Assembly (NCBI GenBank): GCA_041659805.1
Contig: JBAZXP010000001.1
Location: forward strand, 512,589 to 576,588
DNA from: Microgenomates group bacterium
Lineage (GTDB): Bacteria > Patescibacteriota > Microgenomatia > Daviesbacterales > UBA10151
Direction: 5' to 3'
DNA: 64,000 bases
The position numbers and the translations under genes are program-made. Below, piece after piece: positions 8,773-18,101 of the stretch. Every line of letters begins with the position of its first letter. Positions within the stretch are counted from its first letter, which is position 1. The notes beneath the pieces are model-generated. The model had not been told where the DNA came from. It worked only from the letters and a program-made list of their open reading frames with translations, and made no database searches.

Positions 8773-10401
8773 ATGAGGATAAAAACTCCCTCCATTTATG
8801 TATTCATAATTTCAGTAATTTTTCTTCTGGGACTTTTGTTAAGGGTTGTTTCTCTTCAAAATTTTCCACCGGGCTTTAATGCAGATGAGGCAGCTTTAGG
8901 CTACAACGCTTATTCAATCATACAAACAGGTAAAGATGAATGGGGGCAAACTCTTCCTCTGGTATTTAAATCATTTTCAGACTACAAGCCTGGCTTATAC
9001 GTCTATTTGGATATACCTTTTGTTTATTTGTTCGGTTTAAATGAGCTAGCAGTTAGATTGCCCTCAATTATTTTAGGTTCGTTTTCAATTATACTTATTT
9101 ATCTTCTCTCGAAGCTTCTATTCAAAAAAGAGGTAGTTGCTTTGTCCACTGCATTTTTATTGGCGATTTCACCTTGGCATCTGCATTTTTCAAGAGGAGC
9201 TTGGGAAGCCAATGTGGCTACCTTTTTTATGCTCCTGGGAGTTTTTTCATTTTTAAAGTCTTTTACCAACCGCCGTTTCCTGTGGGTATCCGCGCTAGCT
9301 TTTATAGCCTCTATGTATGTATATCAAAGCACAAGGTTGGTGACGCCTGCATTACTGCTTTTGATAGGATTATTTCACTGGAAAAGATTGTTGATCAAAA
9401 AAAATATCTTAATAATTACTGCATCGTTTATTCTACTACTTCCTTTAATCCTCATTTTGCCTACTACAGCAGGTTTAGCCAGATTAAAAGGAGTTTCTAT
9501 TTTTTCCGATCCCGGTCCTATAAATCGGGCAAATGAAGAAAGAGGACAGCATCAAGATCCTGATTCGATTTCAGCTAAATTCTTTCACAATTATTTCTTT
9601 ACTTATTCAAAAAGCTATTTTAAACATTACACTGATCATATGAGTCCTGACTTTCTATTCATTTCAGGAGGTTCATTAAAGAGGAATGAAGAGCCTAATA
9701 TGGGACAGATGTATAGGTTTGAAATTATTACACTTCTTCTGGGTCTATATTTCCTTTTCCGGAATAAATTTAAAGATTCGGAAATAATAATTTTATGGTT
9801 TATTGTAGCTCCTATTGCTTCGTCGCTTACTTTCCAAACACCGGATGCTCACAGATCTCATAATATGGTTATTCCGTTAATCTTAGTTTCTGGTTCAGGC
9901 CTGGGGTTTTTAATTGAGAAAATTTGGCAAATAAAAAAGATTTTCAGGAGTATTTTCTTAATTTTACTTTTTTTTATAATAAGTTTTTTTGTTGTAGACT
10001 ATATGGATAATTATTATGTGCATCTTCCTAAAGAATATGCATTGGAATGGGAATATGGTTTTTCTCAAATGGTACCTTATGTTTTAGAAAATCAGAATAA
10101 ATATCAAAAAATAGTTATTACAGACCGGTATGATCAACCTTATATATTGTTATTATTTTATTCCAAATATGATCCGACAAAATATCAAAGAATGATTAAA
10201 AAAGAGGGTGATAATAAATTCGGATTTACAACTGTTACAAATTTTGATAAATACGAATTTAGGCCGGTTTCACAAGAAGAGGTATTAAATGATCGTAATA
10301 CACTTTTTGTCGGGACTGGAGAGGAGATTAAACAAGGCAATGTTTTGAAAACAATTAATTTCCCTAACGGTTCACCCGCCTTTAAAATAACCGGTATTTA
10401 A
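8773..10401 (+). CDS. PMT/ArnT-like (GT39/PMT_2) GT-C glycosyltransferase
   Basis: 'NFPPGFNADEAALGYNAYSIIQTGKDEWGQTLPL', 'LLAISPWHLHFSRGAWEAN', C-terminal 'ITDRYDQPYILLLFYSKYDPTKYQ ... FPNGSPAF'. Tandem paralogue. Confidence 0.75.
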   Translation: MRIKTPSIYVFIISVIFLLGLLLRVVSLQNFPPGFNADEAALGYNAYSIIQTGKDEWGQTLPLVFKSFSDYKPGLYVYLDIPFVYLFGLNELAVRLPSIILGSFSIILIYLLSKLLFKKEVVALSTAFLLAISPWHLHFSRGAWEANVATFFMLLGVFSFLKSFTNRRFLWVSALAFIASMYVYQSTRLVTPALLLLIGLFHWKRLLIKKNILIITASFILLLPLILILPTTAGLARLKGVSIFSDPGPINRANEERGQHQDPDSISAKFFHNYFFTYSKSYFKHYTDHMSPDFLFISGGSLKRNEEPNMGQMYRFEIITLLLGLYFLFRNKFKDSEIIILWFIVAPIASSLTFQTPDAHRSHNMVIPLILVSGSGLGFLIEKIWQIKKIFRSIFLILLFFIISFFVVDYMDNYYVHLPKEYALEWEYGFSQMVPYVLENQNKYQKIVITDRYDQPYILLLFYSKYDPTKYQRMIKKEGDNKFGFTTVTNFDKYEFRPVSQEEVLNDRNTLFVGTGEEIKQGNVLKTINFPNGSPAFKITGI

Positions 10402-10404
10402 AAG

Positions 10405-11994
10405 ATGACTAAGAAAATTAAAATAATTTTTTTTGTAATCATTGTCCTGGCAGCAGTTTTAAGAATATATAAACTTGATTCAATTCCACCTGCACTAAAT
10501 TGGGATGAAATTGATGCAGGATATAACGCATATACAATTGCAAATTGGGGACGTGACGAATGGGGGCAATCATTTCCTCTTGTTTTTACTTCGTTTAAGG
10601 ATGACAAACACCCTGTGCATATATACTTTGCTGCAATAAGTGTAAAACTATTGGGTTTGAATGATTTTTCAACAAGATTGCCGGCAGCTTTATTTGGAGT
10701 TTTTTGTGTTGCGGCGATGTTCTTTTTGGCAAGATTATGGTTTAAATCAGATTTAGTAGCTATTTTTGCAGCACTGTTTTTAGCAATTTCGCCTTATAAT
10801 ATACAATTTTCGAGAGGTCTTTGGGAGACAAATTTCGCACTATTTTTCTTTTTGATGGGTTTTATATTTTTTTATAAGTCAATAAACAGAAATGTCAAAT
10901 TTCTTATATTGTCTATAGTAAGTTTTTTTATAAGCATATTGTCATACCATTCTCCTGTTGTTGTAGTTCCCCCGATTATGTTGTTGCTAATCCTTCTTTA
11001 TTTCCGGGAAATAATTAAAATTAAACATCTGTTTGTTGGAATAATAGTGTTGGCATTACTCACATTAATATTAGTTTTAAATCCGCGAATATTAGGACTT
11101 GCCAGGATTAAACAAACAAAATTCGGAGATGATCTGTTGAGAAAAACACAGATGTACCAACTTACTAAAAATAATAATCTCGCTGCCCTTGAGATTGCTT
11201 TAAGTCAGTATCCGGTTCATTATACTTCTGAGTATCTGTTTGAAAAAGGTGATCAAAGTGCCAGAAACTCAGTTAAAGTTTTCGGGGAGTTTTATAAAAT
11301 AGACGCAATATTTATGTTGATTGGGTTTGCTGCCTTAGTTTTTTTAAGATCCAGAGTAACTCTTATTTTATTTGCCTGGATTTTACTGGCACCTTTGCCG
11401 TCTGCTTTAGTGATGAATCCGCCGAACGCAACAAGAGCTCTATTTATGATGGGGTCTTTGCATATGTTATCTGCTTTAGGTGCTGCAACAATTATAAAAC
11501 TAATACCTTTAAAGCCTTTAAAAATTATTTCAATAGTAGCTATTTTATTAATTTTAGGATCTTTCAGTAAAAATTACTTAGATTATTATTTCAATGTTTA
11601 CCCGAGTAAGGAATCTATTGATTGGCAATATGGAATGAAACAGATTGTTGAATATGTTAAGGACCACAATGGATATTCTCAAATTTATGTGACAGATATC
11701 AGATCCCAACCTTATATCTTTTTTCTTTATTATCTCAAAACACCTCTATCCGAATTTTTAGATACAGCATCTTATAATAACGGTAAAATGAAGGACACCA
11801 GTTTGGTATCATTTTATGATAAATATTACTTCGGGGAATGGGACCCGATTGAAAGTATGCCTAATCCGGGAGTTTTATATGCAGTTACAGCAAGTCAGTA
11901 TGACGGTTTAAGATATAAAAGTGTATTTGACGTTAAAAAACGTATAAAATATCTGGATGGAAGAGATGCGTTCTTTTTAGTAAGCTATCCATGA
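10405..11994 (+). CDS. PMT/ArnT-like (GT39/PMT_2) GT-C glycosyltransferase
   Basis: 'LNWDEIDAGYNAYTIANWGRDEWGQSFPL', 'LFLAISPYNIQFSRGLWETN', C-terminal 'VTDIRSQPYIFFLYYLK ... YLDGRDAF'. Third tandem paralogue. Confidence 0.75.
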   Translation: MTKKIKIIFFVIIVLAAVLRIYKLDSIPPALNWDEIDAGYNAYTIANWGRDEWGQSFPLVFTSFKDDKHPVHIYFAAISVKLLGLNDFSTRLPAALFGVFCVAAMFFLARLWFKSDLVAIFAALFLAISPYNIQFSRGLWETNFALFFFLMGFIFFYKSINRNVKFLILSIVSFFISILSYHSPVVVVPPIMLLLILLYFREIIKIKHLFVGIIVLALLTLILVLNPRILGLARIKQTKFGDDLLRKTQMYQLTKNNNLAALEIALSQYPVHYTSEYLFEKGDQSARNSVKVFGEFYKIDAIFMLIGFAALVFLRSRVTLILFAWILLAPLPSALVMNPPNATRALFMMGSLHMLSALGAATIIKLIPLKPLKIISIVAILLILGSFSKNYLDYYFNVYPSKESIDWQYGMKQIVEYVKDHNGYSQIYVTDIRSQPYIFFLYYLKTPLSEFLDTASYNNGKMKDTSLVSFYDKYYFGEWDPIESMPNPGVLYAVTASQYDGLRYKSVFDVKKRIKYLDGRDAFFLVSYP

Positions 11995-12857
11995 ATAATA
12001 AATTAACAGTTGTGCTGGCTACCTATAACGAAGAAAAAAATATTAAAGGATGTTTAGATTCAATAAAGTATATCACTGATGAAATTGTTATTGTTGACGG
12101 GTCTTCAACTGATAAAACAGTTGATATTGCAAAATCATATAATGCAAAAGTTGTTATAACTGATAATCCCAAAATTTTTCATATTAATAAACAAAAAGCA
12201 ATTGATATCGCGAGCAATGAATGGATTTTACAGCTTGATGCTGATGAAAGAGTGTCGCCGAAGCTTGCTGAAGAGATAAAGAAGATTATTTCTATGGATG
12301 AAAGTGGGATTGAAGCATATGAAAAAAAGTTACCAAATAGAAATCTTTTTTTACGGCACCAAAAGTTGGTTGAAGAAAGAGATGGGACAATAGGAGAAAA
12401 AAGTGGCGCATATAATGCTTTTTATTTTCCCAGACTTAATTATTTTTTAGGCAAATATTTGAGATACGGAGGTGTTTATCCGGACGGGGTAATCCGTTTA
12501 ATTAGAAAAGGAAAAGCATATCTACCCTGTAAAAGCGTTCATGAACAAATGGTTGTGAGCGGAAGGGTTGGCTGGCTCCAGCATGATTTATTGCATATGG
12601 CTGATACAACATTTGAAAGATATTTGCAAAGAAACAGCCGTTATATAGATCTTATCCGGGATGAGCTGAAAAGAGATAAAGTAGGTAAAAATATTATTCA
12701 AATGATTAATTATTTTATTTTAAAGCCTGTTTATTGGTATTTTTTAACTCAAATACGACACAAAGGTGTTTTAGATGGTTTTCAGGGAATAGTTTTTTCT
12801 TTTTTTTCTGCATTAAGATTTCCCAGGGCTTATTATAGATATATAACACAATTATGA
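11991..12857 (+). CDS. GT2 glycosyltransferase, WaaE/KdtX-like (divergent)
   Basis: 'LTVVLATYNEEKNIKGCLDSIKYITDEIVIVDGSSTDKTVDIAKSYNAKVV', 'LQLDADERV', 'VYPDGVIRLIRKG'. Has an insertion relative to the other three paralogues. Confidence 0.7.
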   Translation: MNNKLTVVLATYNEEKNIKGCLDSIKYITDEIVIVDGSSTDKTVDIAKSYNAKVVITDNPKIFHINKQKAIDIASNEWILQLDADERVSPKLAEEIKKIISMDESGIEAYEKKLPNRNLFLRHQKLVEERDGTIGEKSGAYNAFYFPRLNYFLGKYLRYGGVYPDGVIRLIRKGKAYLPCKSVHEQMVVSGRVGWLQHDLLHMADTTFERYLQRNSRYIDLIRDELKRDKVGKNIIQMINYFILKPVYWYFLTQIRHKGVLDGFQGIVFSFFSALRFPRAYYRYITQL

Positions 12858-13891
12858 AAATAGGTTTTTGCGTCTCAGCACTTTCAAGCGGACATAATAT
12901 AAGAGGAATAGGCGTTTATACGAAAAACCTTCTTGCAGCTCTAAAATCTAATGACGGGGTAGTCATTCAGGAATTTTCAGGTTCTGCGATTCCTAAAACT
13001 GACATAGTTCACTATCCTTTTTTTGATTTATTCAAAAAGTCGTTACCGATTCGAAAAGATGTTCCGACTGTTGTTACAATTCATGACGTTATACCTTTGG
13101 CATATTCTGAATTTTACCCTGCCGGGACTAGGGGTTTTGTAAATTTGTATTTACAGAAATTGTCTTTAAAAAACGTATCAGCGGTAATAACGGATTCTAA
13201 AGCTTCTAAGGAAGATATAATTAAATACCTGAAATTTCCTGCCTCAAAAATTTACACAATTCCGTTGGCCCCTGCAGATTATTTTCACAAGATAGATGAC
13301 AAGGATAAACTAAAAACGATAAGGCAAAAATTTAATCTGCCTGAAAAATTTGCTCTTTTTACAGGTAATGTTAATTGGAATAAAAATTTAGTTAATCTTA
13401 CTGCTGCTGCAATAAAAGCGGATATTGATGTTGTTTTAATCGGTAAGGGTTTTGAAGAAAAAGAGAATTTGGATCATCCGGAGCTTAGAAGCTTTAAGGA
13501 ATTTCTGAATAAATTTTCTACTAATTCGAAGGTTCATATTTTAGGGTTTGTTGAGGTTGGGGACTTAGTTGGTATAACTAATATGGCAACAATGGCATTA
13601 TTCCCGTCAAACGCAGAAGGGTTCGGTTTGCCTATCCTGGAGGCTCAAATTTGTGGTACGCCTGTTATTACATCAAATATTTCTTCTATGCCCGAAGTTG
13701 CCGGTAGAGGTGCTTTATTGGTTGATCCGAATTCGGTTGAAAGTATTTCACGGGCAATTTCAAGAATATTAACTAAGAAAGATCTTAGAGAAGAGTTGAT
13801 CAAAGAAGGGTTAAAGAACGTAAAAAGATTTTCCTGGAAAAAAACTGCCCAAGAAACTATTCAAGTATATGATAAAGTCCTACATTCCTAA
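12854..13891 (+). CDS. GT4 (GT-B fold) glycosyltransferase
   Basis: 'EGFGLPILEAQICGTPVITSNISSMPEV' is the E-x7-E motif. N-terminal 'MKIGFCVSALSSGH'. Confidence 0.75.
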   Translation: MKIGFCVSALSSGHNIRGIGVYTKNLLAALKSNDGVVIQEFSGSAIPKTDIVHYPFFDLFKKSLPIRKDVPTVVTIHDVIPLAYSEFYPAGTRGFVNLYLQKLSLKNVSAVITDSKASKEDIIKYLKFPASKIYTIPLAPADYFHKIDDKDKLKTIRQKFNLPEKFALFTGNVNWNKNLVNLTAAAIKADIDVVLIGKGFEEKENLDHPELRSFKEFLNKFSTNSKVHILGFVEVGDLVGITNMATMALFPSNAEGFGLPILEAQICGTPVITSNISSMPEVAGRGALLVDPNSVESISRAISRILTKKDLREELIKEGLKNVKRFSWKKTAQETIQVYDKVLHS

Positions 13892-15008
13892 AATTATTCT
13901 TATTTTTGCCTTTTGGAGAATTGCACTTTTTGTCGTTGCATTTTTGGCGCTTTTTGCATTTCCGGTTTTCGGTAACAGATTTCCTTATTGGGATATGTTA
14001 CTTTCAACAACCGGTCTTCCATCATGGATCTGGGGTTTTGGAAGTTTTGATGGTGTGCACTACCTTCGGATTGTAACAATGGGATATGAGTCATCACAAT
14101 ATTCACAAGCTTTTTTCCCGCTCTTTCCGTTATTTATAAAGATGGTGACTTTATATAGCGGAAATTTTTTAGTTGGGTTAATATTCACAAATTTGGTTTT
14201 TTTGATGGCTTTAATCGTTTTCTATAAATTGGTTGAGTTGGATTATAATCACAAGACTGCTTTACTTTCTATAATTTTGCTATTAGTTTTTCCAACTTCT
14301 TTTTATTTCGGATCTTTATATTCAGAATCTTTATTTTTATTTTTTACTGTCTCAACTGTTTATCTTTTACGCAAAAAGAACTATTTAGCTGCAGGAGTTT
14401 ATGGTTTGCTTGCTTGTAGCACCCGGATTATTGGACTATGGCTAATACCTTTATTTTTAACAGAAATCTTTTTTGAGTATAAGGGTACAAAGGTTGATAA
14501 GGGTACATCTACTAAAATAATCTTCGGATTATTTCTTATTCCCCTTGGTGTTTTTCTATACATGCTTTATTTAGGTTTTAATTTTAATGATCCGATTTTA
14601 TTTTTGAGTTCACAGCCTGCTTTCGGAGCCCAAAGAAGTAGCTTCATTGTAACGACTCCGCAGGTATTTTTTAGATATATAAAAATACTGCTTACAGTAC
14701 CCGTAAATTCCACTCTGTTTTTTAATGGTTTTCTGGAGTTTTGTTTTACCTTAATTTCTCTTATTTTTTTAATTATTGCATATGGAAAAACAAGGCTTAG
14801 CTATTGGGTATTTTCTTTCGGTTGTTGGCTAACACCTACTCTAACAGGTACTTTTTCTTCGATGCCCAGATATATTTTAATGATGTTTCTTTTATTACCC
14901 TTGATTGCAAAAATTAACAGTAAGTACTTTATTTTACTTGTAACATTGTTTATTATTCTAGGCATGTTACTAACAGCTTTATTTACCAGAGGATATTGGG
15001 TTGCATGA
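13869..15008 (+). CDS. PIG-V/Gpi18-like (GT76) polyprenyl-phosphate-mannose-dependent mannosyltransferase homologue
   Basis: 'FDGVHYLRIVTMGYESSQYSQAFFPLFPL' aligns with the PIG-V signature ('[28 protein letters not shown]'). Further 'SESLFLFFTVSTVYLL ... LLACSTRIIGLW' matches 'SEALFALLTFSAMGQL ... FATGVRSNGL'. Polytopic. Confidence 0.65.
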   Translation: MIKSYIPKIILIFAFWRIALFVVAFLALFAFPVFGNRFPYWDMLLSTTGLPSWIWGFGSFDGVHYLRIVTMGYESSQYSQAFFPLFPLFIKMVTLYSGNFLVGLIFTNLVFLMALIVFYKLVELDYNHKTALLSIILLLVFPTSFYFGSLYSESLFLFFTVSTVYLLRKKNYLAAGVYGLLACSTRIIGLWLIPLFLTEIFFEYKGTKVDKGTSTKIIFGLFLIPLGVFLYMLYLGFNFNDPILFLSSQPAFGAQRSSFIVTTPQVFFRYIKILLTVPVNSTLFFNGFLEFCFTLISLIFLIIAYGKTRLSYWVFSFGCWLTPTLTGTFSSMPRYILMMFLLLPLIAKINSKYFILLVTLFIILGMLLTALFTRGYWVA

Positions 15009-15664
15009 AGCTCGCCATCGTAGTTCCCGCATATAATGAGGAAAGCAGGATTGGCTCTGTGCTGCAGGATCTTATAAAAACGAAAATCCCCATTATTGTA
15101 ATTGACGACGGTTCGAGTGATAACACTTATAAAATTGTTCAAAGCAACAAGGTCATTCCTTTAAAACATAAAATTAATTTGGGCAAAGGCGCAGCTTTAA
15201 AAACCGGTTGTGAGGCAGCTTTTTCCTTGGGGGTGGAGGGCGTTATTATTATGGATTCGGATGGTCAGCATAGAGTAGGCGATCTCGATAAATTCGTCGC
15301 TGCACTTGAAACAGGAAATTATGATGTAGTATTCGGATCAAGAAATCTAAGTTTTGGAGTTCCGTTTATGCGGTTTGTAGGTAATAAATTTGCGTCTGTG
15401 CTAGTATCTTTTCTTTTTGGAATTTATGTGTCAGACTTGATCTGTGGCTACCGGGCTTTTACCAAAAAGGGCTATGATAACCTTAAGTGGCAATCGTCCG
15501 GATATGGAGTGGAGACAGAAATGGTTGTAAGGACCGGAAAACTAAAATTAAGATTTTGCGAAGTACCTGTGGAGACAATATATTTTGATAAATTTAAAGG
15601 GGTCACAATACTTGATGCGGTAGGTATTTTATTTAGTGTTTTGAAATGGAGAATTTATAAATGA
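14996..15664 (+). CDS. GT2 polyprenyl-phosphate sugar synthase (DPM1/GtrB-like), short soluble form
   Basis: 'KLAIVVPAYNEESRIGSVL', 'IIVIDDGSSDNT', 'IIMDSDGQH' (the DADLQH motif of DPM1/GtrB). No C-terminal TM helices. The start may be the internal Met at 15005. Confidence 0.7.
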   Translation: MGCMKLAIVVPAYNEESRIGSVLQDLIKTKIPIIVIDDGSSDNTYKIVQSNKVIPLKHKINLGKGAALKTGCEAAFSLGVEGVIIMDSDGQHRVGDLDKFVAALETGNYDVVFGSRNLSFGVPFMRFVGNKFASVLVSFLFGIYVSDLICGYRAFTKKGYDNLKWQSSGYGVETEMVVRTGKLKLRFCEVPVETIYFDKFKGVTILDAVGILFSVLKWRIYK

Positions 15665-16005
15665 TAATTGCACTACAACTAACAGCAATAGTCTTTGCGT
15701 TAATAATGATTTATTTTGCTTATTTGCATTTTTCCCGCGGAGAATTAAACGGCATTGAGATTTTGTCTTGGGTGGTTATATGGATGGTGACAATAGTAAT
15801 AGTTGTCTTCCCGGAATTACTGGCTGCTTTTGCAAAAACTTTTGCAATTTCAAGGGTGTTTGATTTGATGGTTATAGGAGGGTTTATTATGGTTATCTCT
15901 GTTGTTTATATTGCGTATGTTAGGACTAAGAGATTAGAAAAAAAGATTGAAGATTACGTGAGAGAGGAAAGCTTAAATAAAATAAGGAAAAATAGAAAAA
16001 AATAG
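15661..16005 (+). CDS. Small 3-TM membrane protein, DUF2304-like (GT2-associated)
   Basis: 114 aa with three predicted TM helices and a basic tail. Resembles what I recall of DUF2304 proteins that pair with DPM1-like GT2 genes. ATGA overlap with the upstream GT2. Confidence 0.45.
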   Translation: MIIALQLTAIVFALIMIYFAYLHFSRGELNGIEILSWVVIWMVTIVIVVFPELLAAFAKTFAISRVFDLMVIGGFIMVISVVYIAYVRTKRLEKKIEDYVREESLNKIRKNRKK

Positions 16006-16060
16006 TATAAGCGTCTGTTCTTTTTTGCCAAATTACTATTCTCACAATTTAAATGAACAT

Positions 16061-17062
16061 ATGAAAATATTGATAACAGGAGCGGCAGGATTTATAGGTA
16101 GCCACTTAGTTGATTTATTACTAGCTGAGGGGGTTGGTGCCAAAGATTTAAGATTGATTATTCCTAAGGGTGAGTCCCTAAATAATTTAGCAAAAGTTCC
16201 GTTTGAAATTATTCGAGGAGACATTCGTGATAAAAAATCTGTGGCGAAGGCAATGAAAGGCGTTGATGTTGTTTACCATTTAGCGGCAAAAATAGACTTT
16301 GATGGTAAAACATATCATGAGTACGGGGAAATAAACGTCGACGGTACACAGAATTTACTCGATGCCTGTAAAGGGAAAAAGATCCGGAAATTTATTTTCT
16401 TTTCCAGTATTGGGGTATTTGGTCTTCCTGCAGGGATCGGAGATATTATTAATTGGGATGAAAATCACCCTAAGACATACACTAATTTCTATGGCAAATC
16501 TAAGTGGGAGGGTGAGAAGAGGGTTATGAAAGCACATGATAAATGGGGTTTGCCTTATGCAATTATAAGACCTGCAAGTGTCTATGGACCCAGAGAAAAG
16601 GGTCCGACATATGGTATGTATCAGGCAATAAAAAAACATCAATTTTTGATGATAGGGAATGGAAAAAATAAAATGCATTATGTTTTTGTTGGAGATTTAG
16701 TGAAAGCCGCCCGCTTGGCAGAGTTAAGCCGTAAGATAAAAGGTGATTACATAATTGGAGGTCCGAGTGCCGATAAATTTATTGATATCGCCGATTCAAT
16801 TGCTGCAAGTATAGATATGAAAATCCCGAGGTTTTACTTACCGAAAAAATTAGCATTAGTACTTAGTTACTTAATGGAACTTGCAGGGAAAATGGTCGGC
16901 ATTAAGCCGCCGCTTTTTCCGTCACGTGTCAGAACCATGACAACTACTTACTTTTATAATATCAATAAAGCTAAAAAAGAATTGGGTTATAATCCTCAGA
17001 TAGATTTTAAAAAAGGATCTACCGTAACAGGCCGGTGGTATATGCAAAATAACTTATTATGA
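16061..17062 (+). CDS. NAD-dependent epimerase/dehydratase (extended SDR)
   Basis: 'MKILITGAAGFIGSHLVDLL' Rossmann motif, catalytic 'YGKSK'. The track ORF starts at 16025 but the Rossmann motif argues for Met at 16061. Confidence 0.75.
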   Translation: MKILITGAAGFIGSHLVDLLLAEGVGAKDLRLIIPKGESLNNLAKVPFEIIRGDIRDKKSVAKAMKGVDVVYHLAAKIDFDGKTYHEYGEINVDGTQNLLDACKGKKIRKFIFFSSIGVFGLPAGIGDIINWDENHPKTYTNFYGKSKWEGEKRVMKAHDKWGLPYAIIRPASVYGPREKGPTYGMYQAIKKHQFLMIGNGKNKMHYVFVGDLVKAARLAELSRKIKGDYIIGGPSADKFIDIADSIAASIDMKIPRFYLPKKLALVLSYLMELAGKMVGIKPPLFPSRVRTMTTTYFYNINKAKKELGYNPQIDFKKGSTVTGRWYMQNNLL

Positions 17063-18099
17063 AGCTTCCTTTAATTTCAGTAATAATTGTGACTTTTAAC
17101 TCAACTGATTATCTTGCAAAATGTTTAAGTTCACTTATGAAAGCTAAATATCCTAATTTAGAAATTATTGTTGTAGATAATAATTCCACTGATAATACAA
17201 TTAAATTTATAAAATCATTAAAACAAAACATAATTCCTATATTTTCTGATAAAAATTTAGGTTATGCAGGTGGTAATAATTTAGGGATAAATCAAGCCAA
17301 AGGGGAATTTGTTTTTTTGCTAAATCCTGATACTTTAGTTGATAAGAATATTTTTTCTTTCTTGATAGAGCCTTTTTTGTCTGATTCTAAAGTTGCCGTA
17401 AGTCAGCCGGCAATATACTTAATGAAAGATTCTGATCGTTTGAACTTAACCGGTAAAGTCACTCATTATTTAGGGTTCGATTGGGTGAGAGATTACGGGA
17501 AGAAGAATTCACCTGAAATGGGTGAGATAATGTCGTTTAGCGGCTGTGGAGTAATGATCAGGAAAAGTATCTTGGAAAGAACAAAAGCATTCGATTCAAA
17601 CTATTTTATGTACTATGAAGACAGTGATCTTTCATGGAGGCTGCGTCTATTTGGATACAAGTTAATATTTGTGCCATATGCAGTTATGTTCCATGATTAC
17701 AAATATATTCCCGTTGAAAGTTACCAGCCTTTAAAAAATAAGCTTTTTTATAATGAAAGGAATAGGCTTATTACCGTGTATAAAAATTATAGTATGGCGA
17801 CTCTTCTTTTAATTTTTCCTGCCGTATTAATCATTGAAATTTGTATGTTATTTTTTTCTTTAATAGGTGGATGGTTTGAAGAAAAGATAAAAGGTTATGC
17901 CTCTATTGTTAAACTTAGCAGCTCATTACATCAAAACAGAGTTTTTGTCCAAAAAAATAGAATATTATCCGATAAACAGGTAACTGCTATTTTTGCGAGT
18001 ACTTTAAACAGCAAAATATATGATAATTTGGGAGTAAAATATATTATTAATCCTTTTTTGTTTTGTTACTGGAGAATTATTAAAAATTTAATTAATTAA
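17059..18099 (+). CDS. GT2 glycosyltransferase, WbbL/rhamnosyltransferase-like
   Basis: 'ISVIIVTFNSTDYL', 'IIVVDNNSTDNT', 'GYAGGNNLGI', 'DSNYFMYYEDSDLSWRLRLFGYKL'. Confidence 0.75.
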   Translation: MKLPLISVIIVTFNSTDYLAKCLSSLMKAKYPNLEIIVVDNNSTDNTIKFIKSLKQNIIPIFSDKNLGYAGGNNLGINQAKGEFVFLLNPDTLVDKNIFSFLIEPFLSDSKVAVSQPAIYLMKDSDRLNLTGKVTHYLGFDWVRDYGKKNSPEMGEIMSFSGCGVMIRKSILERTKAFDSNYFMYYEDSDLSWRLRLFGYKLIFVPYAVMFHDYKYIPVESYQPLKNKLFYNERNRLITVYKNYSMATLLLIFPAVLIIEICMLFFSLIGGWFEEKIKGYASIVKLSSSLHQNRVFVQKNRILSDKQVTAIFASTLNSKIYDNLGVKYIINPFLFCYWRIIKNLIN

Positions 18100-18101
18100 A
18101 A

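Noticed and set aside
8463-8795. 110-aa minus-strand ORF spanning the 3' end of 7137-8750 and the start of 8773
   Set aside because: Antisense to two motif-supported GT-C genes. Ile/Phe/Lys-rich translation typical of spurious ORFs in AT-rich DNA.
9174-9536. 120-aa plus-strand ORF in an alternative frame within 8773-10401
   Set aside because: Same-strand overlapping frame inside a conserved paralogue gene. No start context or motif.
14801-15142. 113-aa minus-strand ORF across the 13869/14996 gene junction
   Set aside because: Antisense to two supported genes, so rejected as an artefact.
14996-16005. Possibility that the short GT2 (14996-15664) and the 114-aa membrane protein (15661-16005) are one frameshifted GtrB-like gene
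   Set aside because: The junction is a clean ATGA overlap in different frames. The small protein resembles stand-alone DUF2304 proteins rather than GtrB's two C-terminal helices. Kept as two genes, though a split or fission origin cannot be excluded.
16355-16678. 107-aa minus-strand ORF within the SDR epimerase gene
   Set aside because: Antisense to a clear Rossmann/YxxxK enzyme gene.
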